From an uncultured Gemmatimonadales bacterium (GTDB lineage Bacteria; Gemmatimonadota; Gemmatimonadetes; Gemmatimonadales; GWC2-71-9): a stretch of 64,000 nucleotides of DNA. The notes beneath the pieces are model-generated. The model had not been told where the DNA came from, searched no databases, and saw only the letters and a program-made list of their open reading frames with translations. The DNA lies in the NCBI GenBank assembly GCA_963728915.1, contig CAVSLV010000001.1, positions 608,001 through 672,000 on the forward strand. Direction: 5' to 3'. This document shows positions 9,980-20,605 of the stretch, piece after piece (positions within the stretch are counted from its first letter, which is position 1; every line of letters starts with the position of its first letter). A program made the position numbers and the translations under genes.

Positions 9980-10822
9980 GTGACCCTCTCCCAGCACGGC
10001 CTGGCGCTTGGACTCGTGCTCGCCGACATCCTGCTGCGCGCCACTCGCACCCGCTGCCTCGTTCCGGTTGCCTTCTTGCGAGTGCTGATCGTGAATACCG
10101 GTGGCGACGCGATCGCGGCGCTAACCCCCGCGCGGGTTGGCGGCGATCCGGTACGCTATCTCGGCTTCCGCCGCCAGGAAGTATCGGGACCGGAGATCCT
10201 GGGGCTCTTCGGGGTCGAGGTGGTGAGCGACGCGATCGTGCTGGGTGCGGTCGCGGTGCTGCTCGCCATCCTCTTCCGGCCAGCCGGCCAGCAGCTCCTG
10301 GCCGCCACCCGGCATCTCCTGGCCACACCCGGCTTCTGGCTGCTGCTCGCGGCGATGATCGCATTCACCGCCGGGAGCATCACGCTCACCAGGCGCTGGC
10401 TCCCCGGAGCCCTCGCCAGCCTCAAGGTGTCCTTGCGGGAGGCTTGGCACTACGCGCGAGCCCATCGCCCAGTGGCGCTCGGCCTGGCCCTGCTGTTGAC
10501 GACGCTCAGCCTGCTGGCCCGAGGAGCGATTCTTCCCGTGTTGCTCGCCGGCACCCCCGGCCTCGACCCCGGCACAGTCATCCTGGCCTCGGCGGTCCTG
10601 GTGTACGGACAGGTGCTCGCTCCAACTCCCGCGAGCATCGGCCCGGTCGAGCTGGGCGCCGTGGTGAGCCTGGGCGGACAGTTCACGCCCGAAGCGCTCG
10701 CCACGATACTGCTGGTCTGGCGGGGCTACACCCTGGCGCTCGGCGTGCTGGCCGGCGGGGGGCTGCTGCTGTGGGGGCGGCGGCCCTGGGGCGCCTCCCG
10801 CCCCGGCATCATAGCCGACTAG
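9980..10822 (+). CDS. Lysylphosphatidylglycerol-synthase TM region / UPF0104 flippase-like membrane protein
   Basis: Multiple TMs; TPARVGGDPVR, PTPASIGPVE and LLVWRGYT motifs; GTG start 1 nt after the upstream stop. Confidence 0.75.
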   Translation: MTLSQHGLALGLVLADILLRATRTRCLVPVAFLRVLIVNTGGDAIAALTPARVGGDPVRYLGFRRQEVSGPEILGLFGVEVVSDAIVLGAVAVLLAILFRPAGQQLLAATRHLLATPGFWLLLAAMIAFTAGSITLTRRWLPGALASLKVSLREAWHYARAHRPVALGLALLLTTLSLLARGAILPVLLAGTPGLDPGTVILASAVLVYGQVLAPTPASIGPVELGAVVSLGGQFTPEALATILLVWRGYTLALGVLAGGGLLLWGRRPWGASRPGIIAD

Positions 10823-10880
10823 GCGGGGGGCTCCTGCAGCGCGACGATATTTCCTGCCCGAGATCCTCCCAGGAACCGCG

Positions 10881-12023
10881 CTACTGCTTGCCGATCATCA
10901 GGATCGTGAACGAGCCGGGGATTGCGCGGCCGGCCTGAGGCCGTTCGCCCGGCGCCGGGGCGGGTGCTGCCTCACGCTCCACGCTCATGACGAAGAGCCG
11001 GCCCGTCTTGCTGTCCAGCGTGAGCGTCCGGGCGCCGGCCATCGTTTCCAGGTTCTGCACCACTTCGAAACTCGTCGGGCTCTGTTCCCTGATGATGGTC
11101 ATCGTGCCGTTACCGTGCGAGGTGAACACTTCCATCGTCGCGGGATTGAATACCGCACCGTCGTTGGCGCCGGCCAACGGTAGTTCTGCGAGGACCTTAC
11201 CGTCGGTCGCCCTCAGAATCACCATCGCGGGCTTCGCAGCCGGGGCCGGCCCCCCCTGCACAACAGGTGAGCCGTCGAGCGAGCAGGCCGCGAAGAGGAT
11301 CTTGTGCTTCGCGTCCATCGCGAGGCCGTTGCAGCGGCCGTGGTCGCCCAATGGGTAGCGGGCGGTCACCTTGAGAGTTCTGGTGTCGACGCCGACGACG
11401 CTGCCCGGCCGATCCTGGAGCACGAAGTACACGGTGCCATGGCCGTCGGATGCGGTCTGTTCCGGGACTCCGCCGAGGTCGATCTTCCCCGTGACGGTAC
11501 CATCCCGGGGGTCGATGGCGATCGCGTCCCTGGTCGGGTGGCTGCCGACGTAGATCCGATTGCTGAACTTGTCGAAGAAGATCCCGTCCGGCGCGAACCC
11601 GGAATCCACCGGGACCGACTTGATGAGCTGCTGGGTCTTCGCATCGAACATCGTGATCGCCGGCCGGCTGCTCGTGAAACCATGCCCTGTTCCCGGGTCG
11701 ACCACCGCGCCGTTGCCGCTCGAGTTCGGGGCGGTGAGGATTTCACCGGCCGGCGTGAGGGTTACGAGGTCGAAGACGGTAATGCGTGCCGGCACCGCCG
11801 GCCGGCCGGCCGCGGTGTCCGCGCGAACCGCGCCGCGCGTGATGTACAGGCGCCGCGCCGTACCGTCGGCGTAGATGTAATCGGTGCCGCCCTCGCCGCC
11901 CACCCTGGCGGTTTGGATGACCTTGTAGGGCCCGCCGCTTTCCGGGGTCTGCGCGAGGAGCGGGGGCGCGGCCAGTGCGAGCAGGACAGCGGGACTTGCG
12001 AGATGGCGACAGATGGTAATCAT
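10881..12023 (-). CDS. Second YncE/YVTN-type beta-propeller secreted protein
   Basis: VGGEGGTDY; C-terminal PGSFTILMIG resembles that of the 1073-2092 gene; signal peptide. Alternative start at 12056. Confidence 0.8.
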   Translation of the reverse strand: MITICRHLASPAVLLALAAPPLLAQTPESGGPYKVIQTARVGGEGGTDYIYADGTARRLYITRGAVRADTAAGRPAVPARITVFDLVTLTPAGEILTAPNSSGNGAVVDPGTGHGFTSSRPAITMFDAKTQQLIKSVPVDSGFAPDGIFFDKFSNRIYVGSHPTRDAIAIDPRDGTVTGKIDLGGVPEQTASDGHGTVYFVLQDRPGSVVGVDTRTLKVTARYPLGDHGRCNGLAMDAKHKILFAACSLDGSPVVQGGPAPAAKPAMVILRATDGKVLAELPLAGANDGAVFNPATMEVFTSHGNGTMTIIREQSPTSFEVVQNLETMAGARTLTLDSKTGRLFVMSVEREAAPAPAPGERPQAGRAIPGSFTILMIGKQ

Positions 12024-12136
12024 GGTGCTTGCTCTCGTGGGTGTCAGGGTCTCCATATTACACGATCGAGCGGGCGGCTGGAACGGAAGGCCGTGGGTAT
12101 CGCCAGCCGCTCGGCACCACGGGATGGCTACACCGG

Positions 12137-12778
12137 TCAAGGCTCGGTGCGCCAGCGCTCGTAGACCGCGGCAGAGGCACAGGCCAGGCCAAGGCCCAGC
12201 ATCCAGCCGGCCACGACGTCGGTGCCCCAATGGACGTCGAGGTAGATGCGCGACATGCCGACCACCAGCGGCCAGCCGAATCCCACCAGCAGAGCACCCC
12301 ACAGTGGTACGGACTTCTCCCGCCAGAACACGTACATGAGGGTGACCCATAACCCGGTGGCCGAGGTCATGTGTCCGCTTGGAAAGGCGTAGCTGTTGAG
12401 CAGGTCGACTCCGCCCGGGGGCCGGGGCCGGGCGATGAAGATCTTGATCTCCCGCAAGAGGAACGTGGCGAGGACAGGAGCGATGGCGAAGATCCCGGCG
12501 GTGATTCGGCGCTTGCGAATCCAGAACCAGGCGGTCGTCAGCCCGGCCAGGATAACAGTGGCCGCGAGGGATGCAAACACGGTCAGCACCCCGAACACCT
12601 GAATCGCCTCCGGGGCGCGGTGCCGGAGCACCCAGGAGCGGAGCGCGTCATCGACTGCGGTCGTCTCCCCTTCAGCGACCTCGCTGGCGAACTTGGAGAA
12701 AAGGAGGAGAAGGACCACGCAGGATGTGAGCAGCAGGAGCCAGTAGCCGGCCAGGCGGCGGGTCGGGTTCGGAGCCAT
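12137..12778 (-). CDS. PAP2-family membrane phosphatase (undecaprenyl-pyrophosphate phosphatase-like)
   Basis: C1 KIFIARPRP, C2 FPSGH, C3 SRIYLDVHWGTDVVAG. Confidence 0.92.
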   Translation of the reverse strand: MAPNPTRRLAGYWLLLLTSCVVLLLLFSKFASEVAEGETTAVDDALRSWVLRHRAPEAIQVFGVLTVFASLAATVILAGLTTAWFWIRKRRITAGIFAIAPVLATFLLREIKIFIARPRPPGGVDLLNSYAFPSGHMTSATGLWVTLMYVFWREKSVPLWGALLVGFGWPLVVGMSRIYLDVHWGTDVVAGWMLGLGLACASAAVYERWRTEP

Positions 12779-12796
12779 GATCGTGGAGACGCCGTC

Positions 12797-15439
12797 TCAC
12801 GGCCTTGCCGCGCTCTGCGGGCTGGTCCAGAACCCCGACGCTTCCTTCTTCTCGCGGGCGACATCCCCCCCGAACAGCGCCGCGTTGAAGACGACCCGGA
12901 AGGTTCCGAACGGCTGGCCTCGCCACTGGGGCCGGAACCCGATCAGAACGACGTGCCCCTTCCCGTGGTGGACGTCCAGCGCCGCCGCGTAGCCCTGGAG
13001 GTATTTCTCGCCGAGAAGGTATCCCGAGACCAGGGGCGATCCTTCCGTCGCAAACTTGGCCAGGGCCTGGCCCTCGAATCCGTCGAGCACGTCGAACACC
13101 GGGCTTCCGTCCACGAATACCTTGGCCCGTTCCGGCATCCCCGCCATGACGGGGTGGGTCGGATCGGTGGTCACCTCCAGAAGGGACCCGCTCGAGAAGT
13201 AGCGCCGGCGGGGGAGGGTATCCACCACGTTCCGTACCGGCAGGTGGAGCGCCTGGATCGCGTAACCCGCACTCTGGTTGAGACAGATCAGGGTGCCGCC
13301 GGCGCGAACGAAGCCGTCCAGGGCCCGGGCCCCCGCATCGCCCAGCCCGCCGGCATACCGGGGCGGCGCGGTGCCCTCCGGGAATCCCTCCGCGATGGTG
13401 CGAGCCCGGTCCGAAGCGAAGAGAATCACGTCGAAACGATCGCCCAGGTTCCCGGCCAGGATGTCGGCGTTGTGAATCACGGTGTAGGGGAACTCGTACT
13501 GGTCGAACAGCCACTCGGTCCACCCCTCGTCCATGCTGGCGGTCCAGGGCTGGTACAGCGCGATGCGGGTGCGGACCGGTACCGCCGTCGCGGGGAGGGC
13601 GGTTCGCTGCGCCTGGACGGAAAGCTCGCCCACCCAATCGCTCAGGGTCGCCGGGGCAACGCCGGTCACCAGATAGCGACCATCCCGGGCGGACCAGCGG
13701 ACCTGGCCGCCGTGGGCGATCGCACGGTTGAGAAGGCGATAGCTGTTGTTCTGCGCCGGGTCGAGTGAGAGCGCCGCGCCGGAGCCGGTGAGCCGCCCCG
13801 GAAGCGGGTTAATGCCCGCCGCGACCGAATCGGTGGCGAACGGGGCATCGGGGCGCTGTCGATCCACGGTGGCGCCACGGACCGGAGCGAGGGCCGTGCG
13901 GAATTCCGGCGAGAGGGGCGTTCGCAGTTCGATCACCCGGACGTCCATCTGATACGGCAGGGTCCACCCCGCGGCGTCGTAGGGCTGCTCGGGTGGCCCA
14001 TCCGGCGACTCCCGTAGGTCAGGGTAGTCCTGCCGGTCGAACAGCTGCCGGACCAGCTCGGCGAACTCCTGGTCCATCGGGATGACCCAGGTGTCCTTCG
14101 GATAGGTGATCCCGTCGACCGAGGCTTCGTGGGCCAGGCTGCTGACCCGGACCCCGTTGAACGCCAGCCGCCGGAGCAGCTCGGCGCCGGCGACCGGATC
14201 GCGCTGATCCCGCGGGATCACGTAGGCATAGGGCGGGTTCTGCCGGTATCGGAGGATGGCGTCGCGGCCGGCCTGGTACCGGTTGTAGAGGAGCTGCTCC
14301 CGGTACTTGGCGGCGTAGTCGAGCACCGCGATCGAGCCGGTCTCCATGTAGTCGATCGCGTCCTTGATGCGCCACCACCCGCCCGGCCACGGGCTGGGAT
14401 AGAGGGACTGGGGGCGCAGATCGCGGAACTCCCGGGGGAACTCGTCGAGGGTGTAGAAGTGCGGGGTCGCGTAGCGGTAGAGAGCGGTCTCGGTCCAGAA
14501 CGCGGCGATGTTCTGGAGCATCGGCAGGTAATCGATGTAGCCGGGATACCAGGCGTCGAACCCGGTCCCCATGTGAGTCGCCCCCACCATGCCGCGAGTC
14601 TCGAGCTGCTGCGCGATGGTCATGCCGATGGTATTGACTTCCCGCGACATGAGCCCGGGCACCCGCGGCGCGATCGGCTCGGCGAAGGGCGGAAGCCAGA
14701 TGCGGGTCGGGAACGGCGCGGTCTGGTGCTGGACGTAGATGATGTCAGGTTCCCACTCCCGCCAGGTGCGCGCCACGACCCGCGACTCCACCACGTTCAG
14801 CATGTAGCCGTCACGATTGTTGTCGTGACCGATGTACTTCTGGTAGAGCTCGTGGAGGGGAGCGACCTCGTAGGGCGTGCCGACATTCTCCCGGTACCAG
14901 TGAACCACGATGTTCTGTCCATCGGGATTGATGCTGGGCCAGAGCAGGAGGATGGTCTGATCGAGAATCTCCCGATTGGTGGGATCGTCGGGACGGCTCA
15001 GCAGGTCATAGGCAAGCTGGATGGTGTGCTGGGACCCGGCAATCTCCGAGGCGTGCAGGCCCCCGCTGATGTCGACCAGGGCTTTGCCCTCCCGGGCAAG
15101 GGCCCGGGCCGCCGAATCGGAGAGGCCTTCGGGATGGGCCAGACGCCGCGCGATATCGCGATAGTGATCCAGCTTTGCGAGGTTGTCCGGGGAAGAAATC
15201 GCCGCCAGTATCCACTCGTGGCCGGTCGAGGTCTTGCCGACATCGAAGAGCCGGATCCGATTACTCGCCTTGGCCAACTCCCCGAAATAGCGGAGCGACT
15301 GGTCGTAGTCGGCCAGCTTGAAATCGGCCCCGACGGGAAAGCCGAGCACCGTTTCGGGCCTCGGGATGACAGCTGATTGGGAGTGAGCGGCGGTCGGGGC
15401 GGCGATCACGGAAAGGAGCAGGAGACCCTTCCGGCTCAT
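12797..15439 (-). CDS. M14-family zinc carboxypeptidase, secreted
   Basis: Signal peptide; GGLHASE zinc motif; NPDG; HDNNRD; C-terminal GAT-like domain (DEGWTEW). Confidence 0.88.
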   Translation of the reverse strand: MSRKGLLLLSVIAAPTAAHSQSAVIPRPETVLGFPVGADFKLADYDQSLRYFGELAKASNRIRLFDVGKTSTGHEWILAAISSPDNLAKLDHYRDIARRLAHPEGLSDSAARALAREGKALVDISGGLHASEIAGSQHTIQLAYDLLSRPDDPTNREILDQTILLLWPSINPDGQNIVVHWYRENVGTPYEVAPLHELYQKYIGHDNNRDGYMLNVVESRVVARTWREWEPDIIYVQHQTAPFPTRIWLPPFAEPIAPRVPGLMSREVNTIGMTIAQQLETRGMVGATHMGTGFDAWYPGYIDYLPMLQNIAAFWTETALYRYATPHFYTLDEFPREFRDLRPQSLYPSPWPGGWWRIKDAIDYMETGSIAVLDYAAKYREQLLYNRYQAGRDAILRYRQNPPYAYVIPRDQRDPVAGAELLRRLAFNGVRVSSLAHEASVDGITYPKDTWVIPMDQEFAELVRQLFDRQDYPDLRESPDGPPEQPYDAAGWTLPYQMDVRVIELRTPLSPEFRTALAPVRGATVDRQRPDAPFATDSVAAGINPLPGRLTGSGAALSLDPAQNNSYRLLNRAIAHGGQVRWSARDGRYLVTGVAPATLSDWVGELSVQAQRTALPATAVPVRTRIALYQPWTASMDEGWTEWLFDQYEFPYTVIHNADILAGNLGDRFDVILFASDRARTIAEGFPEGTAPPRYAGGLGDAGARALDGFVRAGGTLICLNQSAGYAIQALHLPVRNVVDTLPRRRYFSSGSLLEVTTDPTHPVMAGMPERAKVFVDGSPVFDVLDGFEGQALAKFATEGSPLVSGYLLGEKYLQGYAAALDVHHGKGHVVLIGFRPQWRGQPFGTFRVVFNAALFGGDVAREKKEASGFWTSPQSAARP

Positions 15440-15563
15440 CAGCAGGCTCCTGAAAGAGTATGAGGTCGGTATGGTAATCTACTCCTTGGCTTTTGCCCGA
15501 GCGCTGAAGGCCCGGGTTCTGTGTCGAACCCCTTCGGGCGGTCGTCTACCAGCAGGAACGGGT

Positions 15564-16133
15564 ATGGTGATTGGGAGGAGAGCCTTGGGTAGACGTTGGT
15601 TACCAGCGCTGGCGTTCACGGCCGCGATTGGCTCGACCCAGGGCGACGCGGATGCGAAGATCACCGCCGGCTTCCTCGACCGGATCGGCGCCTATGTCCA
15701 GGTTCGGCAGAAGCTGGAGTCGTCCGCGCCGGCCATCCCCAAGAAAGCGACTCCCGAGCAAATCGATCAGCACCAGCGGGCGCTTGCCTCGGCGGTTCGA
15801 GCCGCGCGAAGCGCCGCTGTGCCGGGACAGGTCTTCGGTGCCGACATGAGCGCGCTGATCAAGCGGAGATTCCGGACCCTCTTCACCGGGTCACGGGGTG
15901 CCGGGCTCCGGCACGAGGTCCTCGAGGAATACCCGGGGCCGACGCCGGTCAGCGTGAACGGGAGGTATCCCGACCGGGTTCCCATGTCGCAGATGCCGGC
16001 GCCGGTGCTGGAGCAGCTCCCCAGTCTTCCCGACGACATCGAGTTCCGCTTCGTGGGCGACCAGTTGATTCTGTTCGATCCCCACGCCCATCTGGTCGTC
16101 GATTTCATCAAGAACGCGCTGCCCGGAGCCTGA
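15564..16133 (+). CDS. Conserved-looking hypothetical secreted protein
   Basis: Signal-like N terminus; C-terminal VNGRYP...LPSLPDDIEFRFVG...LVVDFIKNALP; stop 3 nt before the next gene. Start uncertain. Confidence 0.65.
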   Translation: MVIGRRALGRRWLPALAFTAAIGSTQGDADAKITAGFLDRIGAYVQVRQKLESSAPAIPKKATPEQIDQHQRALASAVRAARSAAVPGQVFGADMSALIKRRFRTLFTGSRGAGLRHEVLEEYPGPTPVSVNGRYPDRVPMSQMPAPVLEQLPSLPDDIEFRFVGDQLILFDPHAHLVVDFIKNALPGA

Positions 16134-16136
16134 TCG

Positions 16137-17081
16137 GTGCCAACCTTCGATCGCGCGAAGCTCCCTGGTGTTGGTCTGCTCCTCGTGGCGGGTCTCGCGG
16201 CGTGCGGCGGAACCGCGCCCCCCGCGGGCCCGGCCGTCGTCGTTTCAGCCGACACCACCCCGGTCAAGGTCGTCGCGCTTCCTAACAAGTCGGGGACCTT
16301 CAAGTTCGCGGTGCTCGGTGATTTTGGCGACGGGAGCGGGCGGGAGTACCAGACGGCTGCCCGAATGGATTCGGTTCGGGCCCGCTTTCCCTTCGATGTC
16401 GTCGTGCTGGTCGGGGACGATCTCTACGACGGGGCGGCACCGGCGGATTACCGGACCAAATTCGAGATTCCTTACCGGCCGCTGCTCGACTCGGGAGTCA
16501 CCTTCCTCGCCTCCCTGGGGAATCATGATGACCGCAACGAGCGGTACTACAAGCAGTTCAACATGAACGGCAAGCTCTACTACTCCTGGAAAGCTCCCAA
16601 GCAGAGCGCCCGTTTCTTCTTTCTGGAGAGCAGCTATCCGGATTCCGGACAGATCGCCTGGGCGGAGAAGGAGCTCAAGGGAACCTCCGAAAACTGGAAG
16701 ATCGCGGTCTTTCATCATCCCCTCTACTCCTCCGGACGGACCCACGGCTCCGATCTGAATTTGCGTCGATTGCTGGAGCCGATGTTCATCGAGTACAACG
16801 TCAGCGCGGTGTTCGCCGGACACGATCACATCTACGAACGGGTCAAGCCGCAGCGGGGCATCGTCTACTTCGTGGTCGGGTCCGGTGGAAAGCTCCGGGC
16901 TGGAGATATCAATCGCAATAGCGCGCTGACCGACAAGGGATTCGATACCGACAACGCCTTTCTGATCGGCGAAATCGACGGAGACAAGCTGTACTTCCAG
17001 GCGATCTCCAGGACCGGAACGATCGTGGATTCCGGCATCATTACCCGCCGAAAGCCCGCAACGTCGGCGGCCACACCGTAG
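16137..17081 (+). CDS. Calcineurin-like metallophosphoesterase, probable lipoprotein
   Basis: Lipobox GLAAC; motifs GDFG, GDDLY, GNHD, HHPLY, GHDH. Confidence 0.9.
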   Translation: MPTFDRAKLPGVGLLLVAGLAACGGTAPPAGPAVVVSADTTPVKVVALPNKSGTFKFAVLGDFGDGSGREYQTAARMDSVRARFPFDVVVLVGDDLYDGAAPADYRTKFEIPYRPLLDSGVTFLASLGNHDDRNERYYKQFNMNGKLYYSWKAPKQSARFFFLESSYPDSGQIAWAEKELKGTSENWKIAVFHHPLYSSGRTHGSDLNLRRLLEPMFIEYNVSAVFAGHDHIYERVKPQRGIVYFVVGSGGKLRAGDINRNSALTDKGFDTDNAFLIGEIDGDKLYFQAISRTGTIVDSGIITRRKPATSAATP

Positions 17082-17096
17082 CCCCGCGCGCGGCGG

Positions 17097-20000
17097 TCAG
17101 CGCCGCGCCCGGGTCCGGGGATCCTGACGGGAGAGGTACTGCTCCACGAACCGTCGATGCTCGGGGTCTCCAGGATAGCGTTCGTCGGCGCCATAGGGAT
17201 ATCGGGTCATGGCATGGAAGGGCAGGGGTTCGACCGCATTTCCCGTCGCGGTATTGAGGTCGGCGTCTTTCATCCACGCATCGGTATAGATCAGGAAGTC
17301 TCGACGCCACCCTGGAGGCAGGCTGGGGAGCGACTGCTCCGCAAAGCTCAGCGCGATCTCGTCTCCCGGACCGAAGACCACATAGCGATCATCGGAAACG
17401 AGCAGCAGGGACCGCACGTCCCCGTATCGGGTGAAACGCCCGCGGATCGGCTCCCACGCCGGTTCCGTCGAGACCTCCTGATAATCGAACCAGGCGGGAC
17501 CGTACCGTCCGTCTTTGGGAAAGGTCCGCGAGAATCCGTGATAGCGGAGCTCCGCGCTGGCCGGATCGAGGCGGGTGACGCGGGGTTCCACCCGGGCGAG
17601 GCGGGCGAGAAAGGCCTGATCCCAATACACCTGCATGTTGGTGCGGAGCCGGAGCTGGCCGCTCGCCGGGACCCGGCCCGCGAGATCGGCAACCACCGTT
17701 TTGCTCTTGCCACTCGGAAATCCGAGGTCCGGATTGATCGTGTCCCAGGCGCCCCGGCCGTTCCTCGCCTCGAGCGAGATTGGTGCCGGCGCGAGCGCGG
17801 CGCCCTGCGTCAGCGCGAGGTTGATGCTCGCATCGGTTGGATAGATCCAGCCGTTGAGAAAGAGATAGAGGTTGTCCTGTCGGGTCCAAGGCTCCGAAGT
17901 CGAGCATCAGATCGTGCGGGCTACGAAGTCCCTGATATCGGTCCGGCTCGCCCGGCTGCACGAAACGGTCATCCCGCCTCAGGAGCAGGTCACGGACATC
18001 GGTGCGGCGGCCCTCGGATTCGCTGGCGGCCTGGACCGGAAGGATCGGACCCGCAACGGGGAAGAGTCGGAGCTCCGCCTCCGCCGCGGTCGGCGGGAAG
18101 AACCGCTCGTCGACGAAGATCTCCGTGGAATCGGGGTGATCGACCGCGAGGAGCTGAAGCCGGTCCAGGTAACCCGCTTCCCACAGCTCCTCGGTCAGGC
18201 GGAGCTCGTACCGGCCGTCCTTCGGGGCCAGCTCTCCGGGGAGCCGGAGGTATTCCCGCGAGGCGTGGGGAGATGCCGAGGCAATGCTCGCCGCGCTGCC
18301 CATGATGCCCAGCGGCATGCCGAGGGCGCTGCGCCACATCACATCGGTGACGAAACGGAAGCTGGCGCCGTCCCATGCGAAGAGCGTCGGGCAGGACCCC
18401 TTCAAGACCTGGAGCTCGAGCACATCGTCGAGCGCGCCCGGGTAATACAACGTCTGGGGAACGCCGTTGGGCCAGCGGATCCGGAGGACGTCGGCTTTGA
18501 GTTGCCGTCCCAGACCGAAGTGGGTCGTCGGTCCGGTAACAAGGCGGCTCTGGTACGCGGTCCCGGCCCGGAGCTCGAGCGTAGCGCCGATTCCGAACTC
18601 GTTGTTCTTCCCGCTCCCGGCCCCCAGGGCAGTGAGCTGTACCTCGACATACTGATTGGCGTTTCCGCCCTGATTGAACAGGAGGCGGGGATGCGATTCG
18701 CCCCCGGATCCGGTGGCGAGCAGGTCGAGGTCGCCGTCGCGATCGTAGTCCATCGCGAGCAGCCGGCTCGGGTGCCCGAGGTCGGCAGGCAGGCTCGCTG
18801 AACGATCGGCGAACCTGCCGCGTCCGTCGTTCCGGAACAGACGGACCCCGGTCGCGCCGGCCAGCGCGATGTCGAGAAACCCATCGTTGTCGTAATCCAT
18901 GAAAACGGCGCTGGTCGATGCGATTCCTGGTCGGAGGCCGGCGTTCCGGTCCAGGGCGAAATGGCCGTTCGTCCCCTGGTACAGTTCAGTATTCCCGCCG
19001 CTCGCGATCAGGAGATCGAAGGATCCATCGTTGTCGTAATCGCCCACTGCCAACGCGGACACCGCCGTAATCCCGGACAGCCCGGCGGCAGCGGTGGCAT
19101 CCTCGAACCGGCCCTGACCCAGGTTGTGCCAGAGCGTGAGCCGGTCGCCCCCGGACACCAGATCGAGCCGGGCGTCGTGGTCGAAATCCAGGAATGCGAT
19201 CTGGCGAACCGCGCTCGAGCCGGTGAATCCCATCGCGGCGGTGGCTTCCTGGAAGGGGCCGCCCAACGGGTTGCGATAGACTCGAAGCCCCTGCTCGGTC
19301 GCCAGCACCAGATCGAGATCGCCATCGTGATCGAGATCGACGAACAGAATCGCTGTTGCGGGAGGGGCGTCGCCGAGCCCGAGGGCGGCGGTGCCGTCGC
19401 GGAATCGCCCGCCCTCATTGTGGAGCAGGAAGCTTCCGTCGGTTCCGGAGACGAAGAGATCCAGCCGGCGATCGTTATCGTAATCGCCAAACGCAGCGGC
19501 GGTCACGGTTGCCGGCAGCCGGACCCCGAGAGAGTCGGTGGTTTCGATCAGCGGGCCGGCGTTCCGGAACAGGCGCCCGGCAACGAAGAGATCCGGAGCG
19601 CCGTCGCCGTCGTAGTCTCCCACCGCCAGAGCGTTCCCCTCCCCCGCGGCACTGATCGCCGAGAGCGCGGACCGGTTTCCGGCGTCGCTGAAACGAATCG
19701 CGGCGGCCACCGCGGCGGGTTCGAGCGCAGGCGGGGCGAGGTTCGGATTGAAGGTGAGGACCGGATAGCCCATGGCCGCTCCGGTCGCACTCTCGAGATG
19801 CTGAAGGCCGGCCTGGTATCCCGGCGTCAGCTCCATGACCCGATGGAGCTTGCCCGCCGCGGCTGCCGCCTGGGTCAGGTCCTCCGGATTGCTCCGTCCC
19901 CGTCGCGCGAGGTCGAGTGCGGACCGGAAAGCTCGCTGCGCGTCCGCCGGCAAGGCGGGGAGCTGTTTCAGGTCCTCGAGGAGGATCACCGCCGAGTCGG

Positions 20001-20547
20001 CGGCCTGCGCGGTCCCCTGACTCAGCAGCCGGTCGAGCAGCTCCAGGCGCGCCACCAGGTTGGTGGGCGCCTCCGCCAGGATCCGGTGCAGATAGAAGAC
20101 GGCGGAATCCTCAGGGGCGAGCTGCTTCGCGGCATAGAGCGCCCGGATTTCCCGCGGGCTCCGCTCGAGGACCTTCGCGAGCACCCGGCGGGCCGAGTCC
20201 GGGTTTCCAGTGAGTCGCTCGGCCTGGGCCAGCATGAGGGCGATGTCGTCGCTCGCCGAGTCGAGCGCGGCGGCCTGGCCCAGCTCGGTCAAGGCCTCCG
20301 CGTAGCGTCCCTGCCGGAGATGCACCACCGCGAGGTTCGCGTATCCCAGGGCCTGCTTTGGCGCCATCGTCACGACTTGCCGAAATGTCGACTCCGCCAG
20401 GGCAAACTGATTGCCCTGGAGATAGGCGAGCCCCAGGGTGCGAGCCGCGAGGATCTGCTCGCTCGAGGCTTCGGGCTGGGGGCTTCCGTGACATCCCGTG
20501 AGGGAAACGGCCCCGAGCAGCGCCATGAGAGGAATGCTCCGGATCAT
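17097..20547 (-). pseudogene. TPR + FG-GAP/CRTAC1 + ASPIC/UnbV lipoprotein with a single-base frameshift near 17880 (pseudogene or sequencing error)
   Basis: Lipobox SLTGC; TPRs; many DYDNDG repeats; UnbV-like THFGLG...IRWPNG; KGSCP. The reading continues in another frame (DNLYLFLNGWIYPTD...RTNMQVYWD...GWRRDFLIY) to the stop at 17097; the 3451-nt span is 3n+1. Confidence 0.85.
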
Positions 20548-20605
20548 GGCAGGAACATCATCCCTTCGCTCCCGCGCGACAAGCGACGGTGATATGGTTC
20601 AGGTC

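Noticed and set aside
17088..17108. GCGCGGCG-gtcag-CGCCGCGC hairpin between convergent genes as a terminator
   Set aside because: No U-tract on either strand, and it overlaps a stop codon; too weak to call.
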